A DNA stretch of 61,863 nucleotides, the filler included. It is 5 parts of 5 records of this genome, joined end to end, with 100 filler letters (N's around TTAATTAATTAA, not from the genome) between each part and the next. Parts side by side here need not be neighbours in the genome. Positions count along the whole stretch, not along the records: positions 18,882 to 39,657 come from SRR22947725_1363; positions 39,758 to 48,077 come from SRR22947725_1364; 3 more parts are not named here. One strand, given 5' to 3'. This document shows positions 37,784 to 48,177 of this stretch, piece by piece. Made by a program: the position numbers and the translations under genes. The stretch's first letter is position 1. Each line of letters starts with the position of its first letter. The notes under the pieces were generated by a model. That model did no database searches. It saw only the letters and a program-made list of their open reading frames with translations, and had not been told where the DNA came from.

Positions 37784-38530
37784 TTAATTTATAATTTGAG
37801 ATATTGAGCGTGATAAGATATTCATTTCAGTTCCAACTGCTATCATATTAAAACCTAGTTCAGAATACATTTCAAGCTCGTCATTATTATTGACCATTAT
37901 ACCTAAGCTTTTTTTATTTATCTTTCCTGCATCTACAACCCTTTTAATGGCATCAAGATAAATTGAAGAAGTAAAATCACCAGGAATACCAAGAAAATTT
38001 GTAAGATCAAAATGACCTACCCACAAACAATCCACTCCATCAATAGCCGCTATTAATTCTACATTTTCTAATCCATATTTAGTTTCAATCTGAATAATAT
38101 TGATTAATTCATCATTTGCTTTTTTTATGTATTTGAGAGGATTTTGATTATTATAATTATCATGTGCAAATCCAAAACCAGCTCCTCTAATTCCCTCAGG
38201 AGGATATTTAGATGATTTTACTACCTTCATAGCCTCTTCAGCAGTGTTAACCATTGGAGCCATAATTCCTGAAGCCCCTAAATCTAATGCTCTAGCAACA
38301 TAATTATAGCTTACTTCTGGTATTCTAATTAAAGGTGATATTTGGTTGGAATTACTAATTGTTGCGAGAACTTTAAATTGCTCTAACGATAATCCACCGT
38401 GTTCCATATCAAAAATTATAAACTCACAACCTGCATTTTTTAAAATAATAGGAATACCAGGGCTAAAAAATTCAAAGATCATAGCTCCACGTAATTTATC
38501 TAACGAAGTAACTCTATTTCTTAAATGCAT
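37784..38530 (-). CDS. HpcH/HpaI aldolase family protein
   Basis: DMEHG, ALDLGA.GIM.P, KYPP.G.RG, QIET and G..DL. Confidence 0.9.
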   Translation of the reverse strand: MHLRNRVTSLDKLRGAMIFEFFSPGIPIILKNAGCEFIIFDMEHGGLSLEQFKVLATISNSNQISPLIRIPEVSYNYVARALDLGASGIMAPMVNTAEEAMKVVKSSKYPPEGIRGAGFGFAHDNYNNQNPLKYIKKANDELINIIQIETKYGLENVELIAAIDGVDCLWVGHFDLTNFLGIPGDFTSSIYLDAIKRVVDAGKINKKSLGIMVNNNDELEMYSELGFNMIAVGTEMNILSRSISQIIN

Positions 38531-38554
38531 GAATATCTCCTATAAATTTATTTC

Positions 38555-39493
38555 TTAATAACCTAACTTTTTGTCAACCATATTAGGAGGTGACTTACCT
38601 TCATTAATACATTTAATGGCATTAGCGATTTGTTTGGCTGCTGTTTGAGGGTTAGTTTCAGCAGCTACATGAGGCCAAATTCTAATATTTTCTTGCTTCC
38701 AAAATATGTGATTTTGTGGTAAAGGTTCTTGCTTATAAACATCTAAAATTGCATTTGATATATGGCCAGTTTTACAACTTTCTAATAAATCTTCCTCAAC
38801 CACATGATCTCCTCTTCCAGCATTAATAAAGCAAGAATTTTTTTTCATTAATGAAAAAGTTTCTTTATTGAAAATACCGTTAGTTGACTTAGTTAAAGGT
38901 AATAGACAGACATGAATGTTACAACTTTTTAGCATCTTCACAAATCCATCATGGCCATGATTACATAATATGTTTTGAATATTCTTTTTTGTTCTACTCC
39001 ACCCTTCTACATTAAAACCTAAATTATAAAGATCTTTTAAAACAACATTCCCTATTTCGCCGATCCCATAAATTGCTATTTTAGGAGATAAAAAATCAAT
39101 TTCTTTTCTAGCTTTGTATATTTTAGATTTTTCTTGTCCGTAGTAGCCATAAATATCTCTGGTATAACTCAAAATAGAAAGAAGAACCCAATGACTCATG
39201 GTCTTTGCCATGAAAGGATCAACAATTCTTACAACTGGGATGTTTTCAGGAACTAAGTCATTTTTTAAAATATGGTCAACCCCTTGACCAAGTGAGATTA
39301 GCCCCTTTAATTTTTTTAAATATTTTATTCTCTCAAGAGGAGCTTTCCATAAAAGAGCCGTTGTTGCTTTTTCTGCTTCCTTAGACAGCAAGGAAACTAA
39401 CTTTATACTAGGATCATAAAAATTAAGTCTTTCTTGCCAATCTTGCTGAAGTTCCGATGAGGCATTTTGACTATAAAAAGCAACAATGGCCAT
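38555..39493 (-). CDS. ghrA: Glyoxylate/hydroxypyruvate reductase A-like
   Basis: GQGVDH, GWSRT, LLPLT, INAGRG, LDVY..EPLP and PHVAA; likely start MAIVAFY at 39493. Confidence 0.8.
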   Translation of the reverse strand: MAIVAFYSQNASSELQQDWQERLNFYDPSIKLVSLLSKEAEKATTALLWKAPLERIKYLKKLKGLISLGQGVDHILKNDLVPENIPVVRIVDPFMAKTMSHWVLLSILSYTRDIYGYYGQEKSKIYKARKEIDFLSPKIAIYGIGEIGNVVLKDLYNLGFNVEGWSRTKKNIQNILCNHGHDGFVKMLKSCNIHVCLLPLTKSTNGIFNKETFSLMKKNSCFINAGRGDHVVEEDLLESCKTGHISNAILDVYKQEPLPQNHIFWKQENIRIWPHVAAETNPQTAAKQIANAIKCINEGKSPPNMVDKKLGY

Positions 39494-39601
39494 TTTAAAT
39501 CCAATCACTCGTTCATTATAATGAACATTAAAAATTAATTTTGTAATAATAGAAGCATGAAAACCTATAAAAAAGAATTTCATGATAAAAAAACAAATAA
39601 T

Positions 39602-39657
39602 TGGTGGAGCTAAGGGGGCTCGAACCCCTGACCTCTACACTGCCAGTGTAGCGCTCT
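39602..39657 (-). tRNA. tRNA-Ala(GGC), 5'-truncated by contig end
   Basis: Reverse complement AGAGCG-CTACA-CTGGCAG-TGTAG-AGGTC-AGGGG-TTCGAGC-CCCCT-TAGCTCC-A-CCA. Confidence 0.92.
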
Positions 39658-39757
39658 NNNNNNNNNNNNNNNNNNNNNNNNNNNNNNNNNNNNNNNNNNN
39701 NTTAATTAATTAANNNNNNNNNNNNNNNNNNNNNNNNNNNNNNNNNNNNNNNNNNNN
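39658..39757. other. Artificial contig linker
   Basis: N44-TTAATTAATTAA-N44. Confidence 0.98.
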
Positions 39758-39785
39758 TGATGCTCTACCCCTGAGCTACTTTCGC
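39758..39785 (-). tRNA. 5' fragment of a tRNA, probably tRNA-Gly
   Basis: Reverse complement GCGAAAGTAGCTCAGGGGTAGAGCATCA; anticodon not in view; TACATTTG promoter box at 39796-39803. Confidence 0.7.
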
Positions 39786-39829
39786 AATTGGGATGCAAAT
39801 GTAAGAAAATATCGGTTTCTAATACAACA

Positions 39830-42409
39830 CTATTCGCCTAGTTTTCTTTTTAATGCATTGAGCTGCATCAAAGCCTCCACAGGAGTTAACTCATCAATAT
39901 TCAACGCCAAAATTTGTTTACGTACGTCTTCCAATAATGGATCATCTAATTGGAACATACTCAGTTGCAAAGGTTCTTCGCCCGTTTCGGCTGCATGCCG
40001 TGATGCTTCTAGTTGCTGTAACATCTGCTTAGAGCGTTCCACGATCCATTTGGGCATCCCCGCCATTTTGGCAACGTGAATTCCAAAACTATGCGCGCTC
40101 CCCCCCGGTACAAGTTTGCGTAAAAACAATACATCGTCTGTGGTTTCTTTCACAGAAACATTATAATTTTTGATGCGCTCAAATTGCGCGGACATGGCAT
40201 TCAGTTCATGATAATGCGTAGCGAAAAGTGTTTTCGGCTTGGTTGGATGTTCGTGTACAAACTCTGCCAATGCCCATGCAATCGAAATGCCGTCATAGGT
40301 ACTCGTACCCCGTCCAATTTCATCCAACAAAATCAAACTCCGCGACGAGATATTATTCATAATCGCTGCGGTTTCATGCATTTCTACCATAAAAGTAGAC
40401 TCCCCTTTAGAAATATTATCACTTGCACCTACTCTAGTAAACAACTTGTCTACCACGCCCAAACGCACTTCTTTGGCTGGAACGTAACTACCCATTTGAG
40501 CCAGTAAAACAATCAAGGCGGTTTGGCGCAATATTGCCGATTTCCCCGACATATTGGGTCCCGTAATCATAATAATCTGTTGCTCGTCATTGTCTAGGTA
40601 CACATCGTTTGGAATGTATGGACTTTCGTGAGGGAGTTGCTGCTCTATGACAGGATGCCTGCCCTCAATAATTTCAAGTGATCCATTTGAGACAAATTCT
40701 GGACGGCAGTATTGGTGCTTAACCGCCAAACTTGCAAAACCACTAAGCACGTCCAATTGGGCTACGGCATGTGCGGTTTGTTGTAAAGGTTGAATGTGGG
40801 GAACCAAAAACTGCACTAGGGCTTGAAACAATTGCAGTTCCAAAGCCGAAATACGTTCCTCGGCTCCTAAAATTTTGGTCTCGTAAGTTTTTAATTCTTC
40901 AGTAATGTAACGTTCTGCATTGACAAGCGTTTGTTTGCGCACCCATTCTTCAGGAACCTTGTCTTTATGAAGGTTACGCACTTCAATATAATATCCAAAT
41001 ACATTGTTAAAGGCGATTTTTAGCGATGGAATCCCCGTACGCTCAGATTCTCGTGCTAGCATGGCGTCTAATGTATCTCTACCCCCCTGTGCCAGTTCAC
41101 GCAATTCGTCCAGTTCGTCAGAAACGCCAGCCGCAATACTAATCCCCTTGCCCAACTGGGCTGGAGCATCTTCGTGTAGCCATGTTTCAATATGCGCCTG
41201 CAATTCCTTGGTGTCTAGGATTTGAGCTACTAAAGGTGCTAACGGAGTGGCGGTTGCCAAGAGGTCTATAAGTGCCGTGGTTTGCGTTAGAGCTAGCTTT
41301 AAGGCATTAACTTCTCTGGGGTTTATACGCCCAGTAGCAATTTTAGCAACCAAACGCTCGATGTCGTTCATTTGCTTTAAGTAAGTGTAAGCTTGTTCGT
41401 GGTTTGCGGTATGATCCACAAAGTGATTGACCGCATTTAAACGCTCATTGATACGAGCCTCATTCGTTTGAGGCGCCGTAATCCAGCGACGAAGCAAGCG
41501 CCCGCCCATGGCAGTAGCGGTATGGTCAACAACTTCCAAAAGCGTGATGGCTTCTGGAGCATTGGGTGCAATAAGCTCTAAGTTGCGTATGGTAAATCGA
41601 TCCATCCAAACCTGCTGCTGGGGATTGTGATGCTTGAGGTGCACCAAGTGCCCTAATTTGGCATGCTCGGTTTCTGATAAATAATGAAGTACCACACCCG
41701 ATGCAATCATTCCTAAGTCAGCGCCGTCAAATCCAAAACCCTTTAGTGTTTTAACACCAAAATGCTGCATGAGTTTATCAGCCGTATATTCCGTTTGAAA
41801 GACCCAATCTTCAAGCACAAAAAACGGCAATCCTTCACCCAACAGTCCCGCTATGGCTTTGCGTTGCGGTTTAGAAACAAGCAATTCTTTAACTTCCAAT
41901 TGTTGGAGGAGTACGCGTATTTCTGCCGTGCTCCCTTGCGCCCACTGAAATTCACCAGTAGAAATATCCATGTAGGCAAAACCAAGGGATTGATTTTGCA
42001 GAAATAATGCGCCTAAAAAATTATTGCATTTGTCTTCTAAAACACCATCCGAGAGCGTCACGCCAGGGGTAACCAATTCGGTAACGCCTCGTTTTACAAT
42101 TTTCTTAGTCAGTTTGGGGTCTTCCAACTGATCGCATATTGCAACTCGTTGTCCTGCACGTACCAGCTTAGGCAAATAGGTGTGTAAGGAATGATGTGGA
42201 AAGCCTGCAAGTTCTGTTTCACTCGTACTGCCTGCACCACGCTTGGTGAGCAGAATTCCCAAAATCCGTGAGGCTCTTACCGCGTCTTGTCCAAAAGTCT
42301 CATAAAAATCTCCTACCCGAAACAACAGTATCGCATCAGGGTACTTGACCTTGATTTGGTTGTACTGTTTCATTAACGGCGTTTCTTTGGCTGATTTTTT
42401 AGCGGACAA
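39830..42409 (-). CDS. mutS: DNA mismatch repair protein MutS
   Basis: TPLMKQY, FRVGDFYE, GPNMSGKS, STFMVEM, DEIGRGTST and FATHYHEL. Confidence 0.98.
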   Translation of the reverse strand: MSAKKSAKETPLMKQYNQIKVKYPDAILLFRVGDFYETFGQDAVRASRILGILLTKRGAGSTSETELAGFPHHSLHTYLPKLVRAGQRVAICDQLEDPKLTKKIVKRGVTELVTPGVTLSDGVLEDKCNNFLGALFLQNQSLGFAYMDISTGEFQWAQGSTAEIRVLLQQLEVKELLVSKPQRKAIAGLLGEGLPFFVLEDWVFQTEYTADKLMQHFGVKTLKGFGFDGADLGMIASGVVLHYLSETEHAKLGHLVHLKHHNPQQQVWMDRFTIRNLELIAPNAPEAITLLEVVDHTATAMGGRLLRRWITAPQTNEARINERLNAVNHFVDHTANHEQAYTYLKQMNDIERLVAKIATGRINPREVNALKLALTQTTALIDLLATATPLAPLVAQILDTKELQAHIETWLHEDAPAQLGKGISIAAGVSDELDELRELAQGGRDTLDAMLARESERTGIPSLKIAFNNVFGYYIEVRNLHKDKVPEEWVRKQTLVNAERYITEELKTYETKILGAEERISALELQLFQALVQFLVPHIQPLQQTAHAVAQLDVLSGFASLAVKHQYCRPEFVSNGSLEIIEGRHPVIEQQLPHESPYIPNDVYLDNDEQQIIMITGPNMSGKSAILRQTALIVLLAQMGSYVPAKEVRLGVVDKLFTRVGASDNISKGESTFMVEMHETAAIMNNISSRSLILLDEIGRGTSTYDGISIAWALAEFVHEHPTKPKTLFATHYHELNAMSAQFERIKNYNVSVKETTDDVLFLRKLVPGGSAHSFGIHVAKMAGMPKWIVERSKQMLQQLEASRHAAETGEEPLQLSMFQLDDPLLEDVRKQILALNIDELTPVEALMQLNALKRKLGE

Positions 42410-42460
42410 AGCGTAAATTTAGTTCCTGCTAAATTACCATTTTTAGCCAAACACAATCCG

Positions 42461-42468
42461 TACCTTTG
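42461..42468 (+). promoter_or_regulatory. Bacteroidota-type -7 promoter box (TAnnTTTG)
   Basis: TACCTTTG 4 nt before the ATG at 42473; the same box occurs at 44155-44162 (TATATTTG) and 39796-39803 (minus strand). Confidence 0.7.
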
Positions 42469-42472
42469 CCAG

Positions 42473-43012
42473 ATGCGTAAATGGACCATGGAGGAACTCG
42501 ATCGCTTGGATGTAGACCAGTTTAAGGCTGCACCCAAAACGAACATTGTTTTGGTACTCGATAACATTAGAAGCAGAAATAATGTTGGCGCAATATTCCG
42601 CACCGCAGATGCATTTCGAATTTCTGAAATTATTTTGTGCGGCATAACGCCCACCCCGCCACACAAAGACATCCAAAAAACAGCACTTGGAGCCACAGAA
42701 AGCGTTTCTTGGCGTCATGTTGCCTCCACTGCAAAAGCCCTAAGTGAATTTGATGGAGGTAACACCCATCGGTATGCCGTTGAGCAAGTTGAAGGCGCCC
42801 AGTTTCTGGATAAGGTTCCTATTAATCCTCAAAAAACTGCCGTATTGGTATTAGGTAATGAAGTACAAGGAGTTTCTCAAGAAGCCTTAGATGCTTGTGA
42901 TACAGCGATTGAAATTCCACAACTTGGCACCAAACATTCGTTGAATGTTGCCACATCAGCGGGGGTAGTATTATGGCATTTCTTTACGCAATTGCGTCCA
43001 GCTGCACATTAA
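42473..43012 (+). CDS. SpoU/TrmH-family RNA methyltransferase
   Basis: LDNIRS..NVGAIFRTADAF, GNEVQGV and IPQLGTKHSLNV. Confidence 0.92.
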   Translation: MRKWTMEELDRLDVDQFKAAPKTNIVLVLDNIRSRNNVGAIFRTADAFRISEIILCGITPTPPHKDIQKTALGATESVSWRHVASTAKALSEFDGGNTHRYAVEQVEGAQFLDKVPINPQKTAVLVLGNEVQGVSQEALDACDTAIEIPQLGTKHSLNVATSAGVVLWHFFTQLRPAAH

Positions 43013-44120
43013 TTCGATCAAGTAGCGTGTATAAATCTTGCTGTTGAAGCACAAAATCTAAATCCGAAACATCAACAACCGCAACGGCCATTTGAGCTTT
43101 TAAAAAAGGAAGGTGTTGATCATAGCCTTTTGCCAACTGTTCTAAATAGTTAATTGCGATATTTTGCTCATAACTACGTCCTCTATTTTTGATATTGGCT
43201 TTTGCTCGTTCGGGAGTTTGCCGTAAATAAATACACAGACTCGGTTGGTTTGCACTGCGTGACATAAGTTCATAGAGCTGTTTAAACAGTGGGTACTCAT
43301 CTTCGTTTAGGGTGTTTTTAGCAAACACCAATGACTTACTCATATGATAATCTGCCACTACTCCAGACTGAAACAAGTCAAGCTGTTCGGCTTCCTCATT
43401 AATTTGCTTAAACCTATCGGCCAAAAAGGACAATTCTAATGGAAATGCAAAGCGTTTGGGTTTGCGATAAAACTTGGGCAAAAATGGATTCTCCGCAAAG
43501 CGCTCTTCCAAAGTTTTATAGCCTAAGGTGTCTGCCAATACTTTGGCTAAGGTCGTTTTGCCGCATCCTATAATCCCCTCAACGCATAAAAAAGCATGCT
43601 CCTTTATCTTTCGATACCTCGGGTGAATTAACTTCTGATCGAATACCTGAATGGACGTATTATCGGGGCAGTTTTGCAACAACCCAGCAACCGTTTGAGA
43701 CAAAACTGGATGCTGTTTGTTGGGTACAATTTCAGCAAGAGGCTGTACTACAAAACGCCGCTTTTCAAGCGATGGATGTGGAAGGGTTAAAAATGGCGTA
43801 TTTAGAATACTATCGTCATAGAAAAGCAAGTCCAAATCAAGCGTCCGATTGACGTAGCCTTTTGAAGCATCTCGTTCTCTACCATGCTTTTTTTCAATTT
43901 GCATCAGCTGCTCCATGACTTGCTCGGGCAATAGGGATGTTTCAACGGTAAAGCACGCATTAAGAAATGGGCTACCATCAAATCCAAGAGCTGGTGTTTC
44001 CACAACTGAAGAAATCAAAACTATTTCACCAATACGTTCTGATACATCGTACAAGCCAGACTGCAAATAGTCAAAACGCCCTCCCATGTTACTTCCCGTA
44101 GAAATGTACACTGTTGCCAT
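42984..44120 (-). CDS. folK: FolK (HPPK) fused to deoxynucleoside kinase
   Basis: GSNMG, FLNA, RTLDLDLL and LPHP...RRFV, then EGIIGCGKTT, NPFLPKFY and RGRSYE. Confidence 0.92.
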   Translation of the reverse strand: MATVYISTGSNMGGRFDYLQSGLYDVSERIGEIVLISSVVETPALGFDGSPFLNACFTVETSLLPEQVMEQLMQIEKKHGRERDASKGYVNRTLDLDLLFYDDSILNTPFLTLPHPSLEKRRFVVQPLAEIVPNKQHPVLSQTVAGLLQNCPDNTSIQVFDQKLIHPRYRKIKEHAFLCVEGIIGCGKTTLAKVLADTLGYKTLEERFAENPFLPKFYRKPKRFAFPLELSFLADRFKQINEEAEQLDLFQSGVVADYHMSKSLVFAKNTLNEDEYPLFKQLYELMSRSANQPSLCIYLRQTPERAKANIKNRGRSYEQNIAINYLEQLAKGYDQHLPFLKAQMAVAVVDVSDLDFVLQQQDLYTLLDRINVQLDAIA

Positions 44121-44181
44121 GCAACAAAAATGAGGAAAAGAATTGGGAAACCTGTATATTTGATTTTCACATTCTCAAATT

Positions 44182-45930
44182 ATGAATTTTTTTAAAAATC
44201 TTATTAGTTCAGCACTAGGTACATTTATCGCTTTAGGGCTACTTTTTGTGTTTATGTTCGTGTTTATTGCAGGTTCTATAGCCGTACTTGAAGAAGATGG
44301 CGATGCTGTAGAAATTGATGAGAACACCATTCTTGTTCTTGATATGAAAACTCCAATTCAAGACCGTGAACCCCAAAGTTTTTCCTTTGCAGATGCCTTA
44401 GATTTAGATCAAGAAGCTTATGGCCTAAATACAATTTTACCCGCTATTGCGAATGCAGCAGAAGATGATCGCATCGCGGGAATTAGTATTGAAAATATGA
44501 CTGCAATGGGCGGCGTTGCCAATTTAACCGCCGTTCGTGAAGCCTTAGAAGTATTCAAAAAAAGCGGAAAATTTATTTATGCCTACGGAGATTTCTTTAG
44601 CCAAACCGATTATTACCTCGCTTCTGTTGCAGATTCCATTTTTGTACATCCAGAAGGTTCAATAAACTTTCGTGGATTAAGCGCCGAAGTACTTTATTAC
44701 AAATCCGCGCAGGAGAAATCCGGTATTTCAATGGAAGTCATTAGGAATGGAAAATATAAAAGTGCCGTAGAGCCCTTTTTAGATGACACCATGAGCAGCG
44801 AGAATCGCACACAAATTAAGTCATACCTAGAGAGTATTTGGGGGAGCCTAATAACAGCGGTTTCAAAAAGTCGTGGGATAGATGAGAATGCACTAAATAC
44901 GTTCGCAGATACCCTTGCAGGTATTACAGCAACATCTGCACAACAAGCGGCCCTTATTGATGGAACAACCACGCGCAGAGCGTTTAAAGAAAAGCTAGAG
45001 CTACGTGTTGATGGAGCTGCGTTTACTGATTTCACCGACTATATGCGGGTTGCTAGTAGAAACAAAGGCAAAGGACCGAGCCGAATTGCCGTGGTATATG
45101 CGCAAGGAGAAATTATCTATGGTGAGGGTGGTAAAAACATCATTGGACAAGAAAAAATCATTGAATCCCTAAGAAAGATTGGGGAAAAGAAAAATATCAA
45201 AGCAGTAGTGCTACGTGTTAATTCACCAGGAGGAAGTGCCTTAGCCTCAGAGTTAATTTGGGAAGAAATTGAACACCTAAAAAAAACCAAGAAAGTTGTA
45301 GTTTCTATGGGCAATGTAGCTGCTTCTGGTGGTTATTATATTGCTGCAGGTGCAGACGAGATTGTGGCAGAACCCACAACGATTACGGGGTCTATTGGTG
45401 TTTGGGGACTCCTTCCAAACTTTAACAGGTTGGCTAGTCGCTGGGGTATCAATGCGGAGCAGGTCACCACAAACAAACAAGCATTACAGTACTCTCCATT
45501 TGAACCGATAAATAATGCTACAAAACAAGAATTTAAGATTGGTATTAACCAAGTGTACGAGACCTTTTTAGGCCGTGTTGCTGCTGGTCGTAACATGACA
45601 AGAGATGAGGTGCATAAGGTTGCGCAAGGGCGTGTTTGGTCTGGAGTAGATGCCAAGGATGCTGGCCTTGTAGACCGTTTAGGCGGTTTAGACCTAGCAC
45701 TAGAACGAGCTGCTGCATTGGCAGAAATCGAGAATTATAAAATTACAACCTACCCACGTTACGAAGATGATTTGGAAAGCCTTTTGGGAGAATTATTCAG
45801 CGGCCCTTTTGGACGTGTTAAAACTGCATTGCCTCCCGAAATAAGCCTTTGGATTGGAAGTGCAAAATCGCTTAAAAATCCTGCAAATCAAATTCAAGCA
45901 CGTTTGCCTTATACGTTAAACATTTACTAG
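44182..45930 (+). CDS. sppA: Signal peptide peptidase SppA (long form)
   Basis: GKYKSAVEPF, RVNSPGGS, SMGNVAASGGY, TGSIGV and QGRVW. Confidence 0.95.
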   Translation: MNFFKNLISSALGTFIALGLLFVFMFVFIAGSIAVLEEDGDAVEIDENTILVLDMKTPIQDREPQSFSFADALDLDQEAYGLNTILPAIANAAEDDRIAGISIENMTAMGGVANLTAVREALEVFKKSGKFIYAYGDFFSQTDYYLASVADSIFVHPEGSINFRGLSAEVLYYKSAQEKSGISMEVIRNGKYKSAVEPFLDDTMSSENRTQIKSYLESIWGSLITAVSKSRGIDENALNTFADTLAGITATSAQQAALIDGTTTRRAFKEKLELRVDGAAFTDFTDYMRVASRNKGKGPSRIAVVYAQGEIIYGEGGKNIIGQEKIIESLRKIGEKKNIKAVVLRVNSPGGSALASELIWEEIEHLKKTKKVVVSMGNVAASGGYYIAAGADEIVAEPTTITGSIGVWGLLPNFNRLASRWGINAEQVTTNKQALQYSPFEPINNATKQEFKIGINQVYETFLGRVAAGRNMTRDEVHKVAQGRVWSGVDAKDAGLVDRLGGLDLALERAAALAEIENYKITTYPRYEDDLESLLGELFSGPFGRVKTALPPEISLWIGSAKSLKNPANQIQARLPYTLNIY

Positions 45931-46629
45931 ATGGTCGCATCTGCACCTGCGAGAAAATTGTATCTGTATTTAGCGGCGTTGTTTATCACCTCGCTGGTGG
46001 TATCCAATCTGATTTTCCAAAAGTTTTTCTTTTGGTACCCGTTTGATATCTCGTTTTTTGGTATTCGCTTGTTTGAGCTTTCTGTTGGTATTCTGCCCTA
46101 CCCGATCACTTTCTTAATTACAGATTTGATATCTGAAATTTATGGTCGAAAGAGTGCGAATCAAGTGGTGGTTGCAGGAATTTTTGCGTCGTTTTTTTCT
46201 ATTGCCATTCTCTGGATTGCTGGCGTAGCACCCGCCATAGCCTCTTCTCCAATCGACGACGAAACCTTTCACCAAGTATTTGCCTTATCGCCTTTAGCGG
46301 TATTGGCGAGCATGATCGCTTACCTGTTTGCACAATTCATTGACATTCGAATCTATCACTATTGGAAAAATCTAACTCAAGGAAAACACCTTTGGCTGAG
46401 AAATAATTTTTCCACATTTGCCTCGCAAATCATTGATTCCACGACCGTGATTCTTTTATTGTGCTCTTTTAATGTGCTCTCTTGGAGTTTGTTCTGGGGC
46501 TTGGTCACTTCGAGTGTGGTGTTTAAAATCATGATCGCTGCTATCGATACGCCATTTCTATACCTTTTTGTAGGTTTATTCAGACGACGCTTTAAGCTTG
46601 CTGTAGGGGAAGAAATACACCTAGACTAA
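45931..46629 (+). CDS. Queuosine precursor transporter (YhhQ/DUF165)
   Basis: YPITFLITDLISEIYG, ASMIAYL.AQ..D, LWLRNNFST..SQ..D and DTPF.Y. Confidence 0.9.
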   Translation: MVASAPARKLYLYLAALFITSLVVSNLIFQKFFFWYPFDISFFGIRLFELSVGILPYPITFLITDLISEIYGRKSANQVVVAGIFASFFSIAILWIAGVAPAIASSPIDDETFHQVFALSPLAVLASMIAYLFAQFIDIRIYHYWKNLTQGKHLWLRNNFSTFASQIIDSTTVILLLCSFNVLSWSLFWGLVTSSVVFKIMIAAIDTPFLYLFVGLFRRRFKLAVGEEIHLD

Positions 46630-46630
46630 G

Positions 46631-47365
46631 ATGGAAAATCAAACCGCTATACGAATCAATAAATACCTTAGTGAGTTGGGCTACTGCTCGCGTAGAGCTG
46701 CCGATAAACTTATCGACCAAGGACGTATAACTGTTAACGATAAAGCTGTTGAAATGGGCATGAAGGTAACGCCTCAAGACATCATTAAGGTAGACGGAGT
46801 ATCGGTTGACAACAAAGGAGATAAGCCCGTTTATATCGCATTTAATAAACCTGTTGGAATTGTATGCACAACCGACACCCGTGTTGAGAAAGACAACATC
46901 ATTGATTACATCAATTTCCCTACTCGGATTTTTCCTATTGGACGACTAGATAAACCCTCAGAAGGGCTGATTTTTTTAACCAATGATGGAGACATTGTAA
47001 ATAAAATTTTACGTGCACGAAACCATCACGAAAAGGAATATTTGGTGACGGTGAATCAACCCATCACAGAACAATTCATTGCCAAAATGAGCCAAGGAGT
47101 TCCCATTTTAGATACCGTAACACGCCCGTGTAAAGTAACACAGACACACAAGACAGCATTTCGCATTGTTTTAACCCAAGGATTAAATCGGCAAATTAGA
47201 CGAATGTGTGAATATTTGGGTTATCGTGTTGTAACGTTAAAACGAGAGCGGATTATGAATGTAACGCTTGATGTTGGGAAGGGGAAATGGCGGCATTTAA
47301 CCAAAAAGGAACTTGTTGAAATTAACCGACTCGTAGCCGACTCAAAAAAGACCAACGAAGACTAG
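46631..47365 (+). CDS. rluF: 23S rRNA pseudouridine synthase RluF
   Basis: S4 domain (RINKYLSE.G.CSRR), NKPVGIVCT, GRLDKPSEGL and QGLNRQIRRM. Confidence 0.9.
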   Translation: MENQTAIRINKYLSELGYCSRRAADKLIDQGRITVNDKAVEMGMKVTPQDIIKVDGVSVDNKGDKPVYIAFNKPVGIVCTTDTRVEKDNIIDYINFPTRIFPIGRLDKPSEGLIFLTNDGDIVNKILRARNHHEKEYLVTVNQPITEQFIAKMSQGVPILDTVTRPCKVTQTHKTAFRIVLTQGLNRQIRRMCEYLGYRVVTLKRERIMNVTLDVGKGKWRHLTKKELVEINRLVADSKKTNED

Positions 47366-48077
47366 TCTACCGCAATAGAAACTACGTGCCCTTCGTGTGC
47401 TCGAACATTCCACACCGTATCATCTTCAAAAATCCAATACTGCCCTTTTATCCCTTTAAGTAGGCCGCTGTATTGCGGCACTTTACCCAAGTTGAGGCTT
47501 TTTACTTTTTCAGGGAATTGTACTACAGGAAATGCAAGCTGCATTGCATCTTCTTTAGCAATATAAGGCTGTACCTCAGCAGGAAGTTTGTCTATACAAT
47601 TTTGACGTTCTGCTCTTAGATCTAGAAAATCCCCTTGATTTTGAAGCATCACCCGCCAATTGGTTTTATCGTTGAAATATGCTTTTAATGCGACCTCGGT
47701 AATCCCTGCTAAATAGCGGTTAGGTACTTCCACAATGGGTATGGCTTGATGTGCTCCTTGGTCGATCCACCGTGTGGGGACTTGTGTTTTTCGGGTAACT
47801 CCCACTTTTAGTCCACTAGACACTGCAAAATAAACTACGTGAGGTTGTAATTGAACCTGCTTCTCGTAAGCCAAATCCCGATCTTCAATATCCAAATGCG
47901 CGGTACTTAACTCAGGCTTCATAATCCATTCGCCCGCACTTGGGGTTTCAAAAAAACAAGATTGACAAAAACCCTGTCGGTAAATGGGTTTGGGTTGCTG
48001 GCAGTTTAAACACGAAGTTCCTTTTAGCTCAATATGCACTTTTTTTTCAAGTAGGGTGTTTACGTGCAAAAACGAAT
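47362..48077 (-). CDS. DUF2797-family protein (5'-truncated)
   Basis: CxxC...CxxC, KVGVTR, RWIDQGA, DKTNWR and L.GIKGQY. Confidence 0.8.
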
Positions 48078-48177
48078 NNNNNNNNNNNNNNNNNNNNNNN
48101 NNNNNNNNNNNNNNNNNNNNNTTAATTAATTAANNNNNNNNNNNNNNNNNNNNNNNNNNNNNNNNNNNNNNNNNNNN
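48078..48177. other. Artificial contig linker
   Basis: N44-TTAATTAATTAA-N44. Confidence 0.98.

Noticed and set aside
39602-39785. Apparent single tRNA split by the gap (5' half right, 3' half left, both on minus strand)
   Set aside because: The acceptor strands do not pair (GCGAAAG versus TAGCTCC) and the D-arm ends overlap redundantly. These are two different tRNAs on unrelated contigs.
42984-44120. FolK-deoxynucleoside kinase fusion as a novelty
   Set aside because: As I recall, this fusion and its position beside sppA are usual in Flavobacteriia.
39858-45656. Many 60-112 aa ORFs overlapping mutS, the SpoU gene and sppA (and similar ones elsewhere in the track)
   Set aside because: They are antisense or alternate-frame shadows of well-supported genes, with no motifs.
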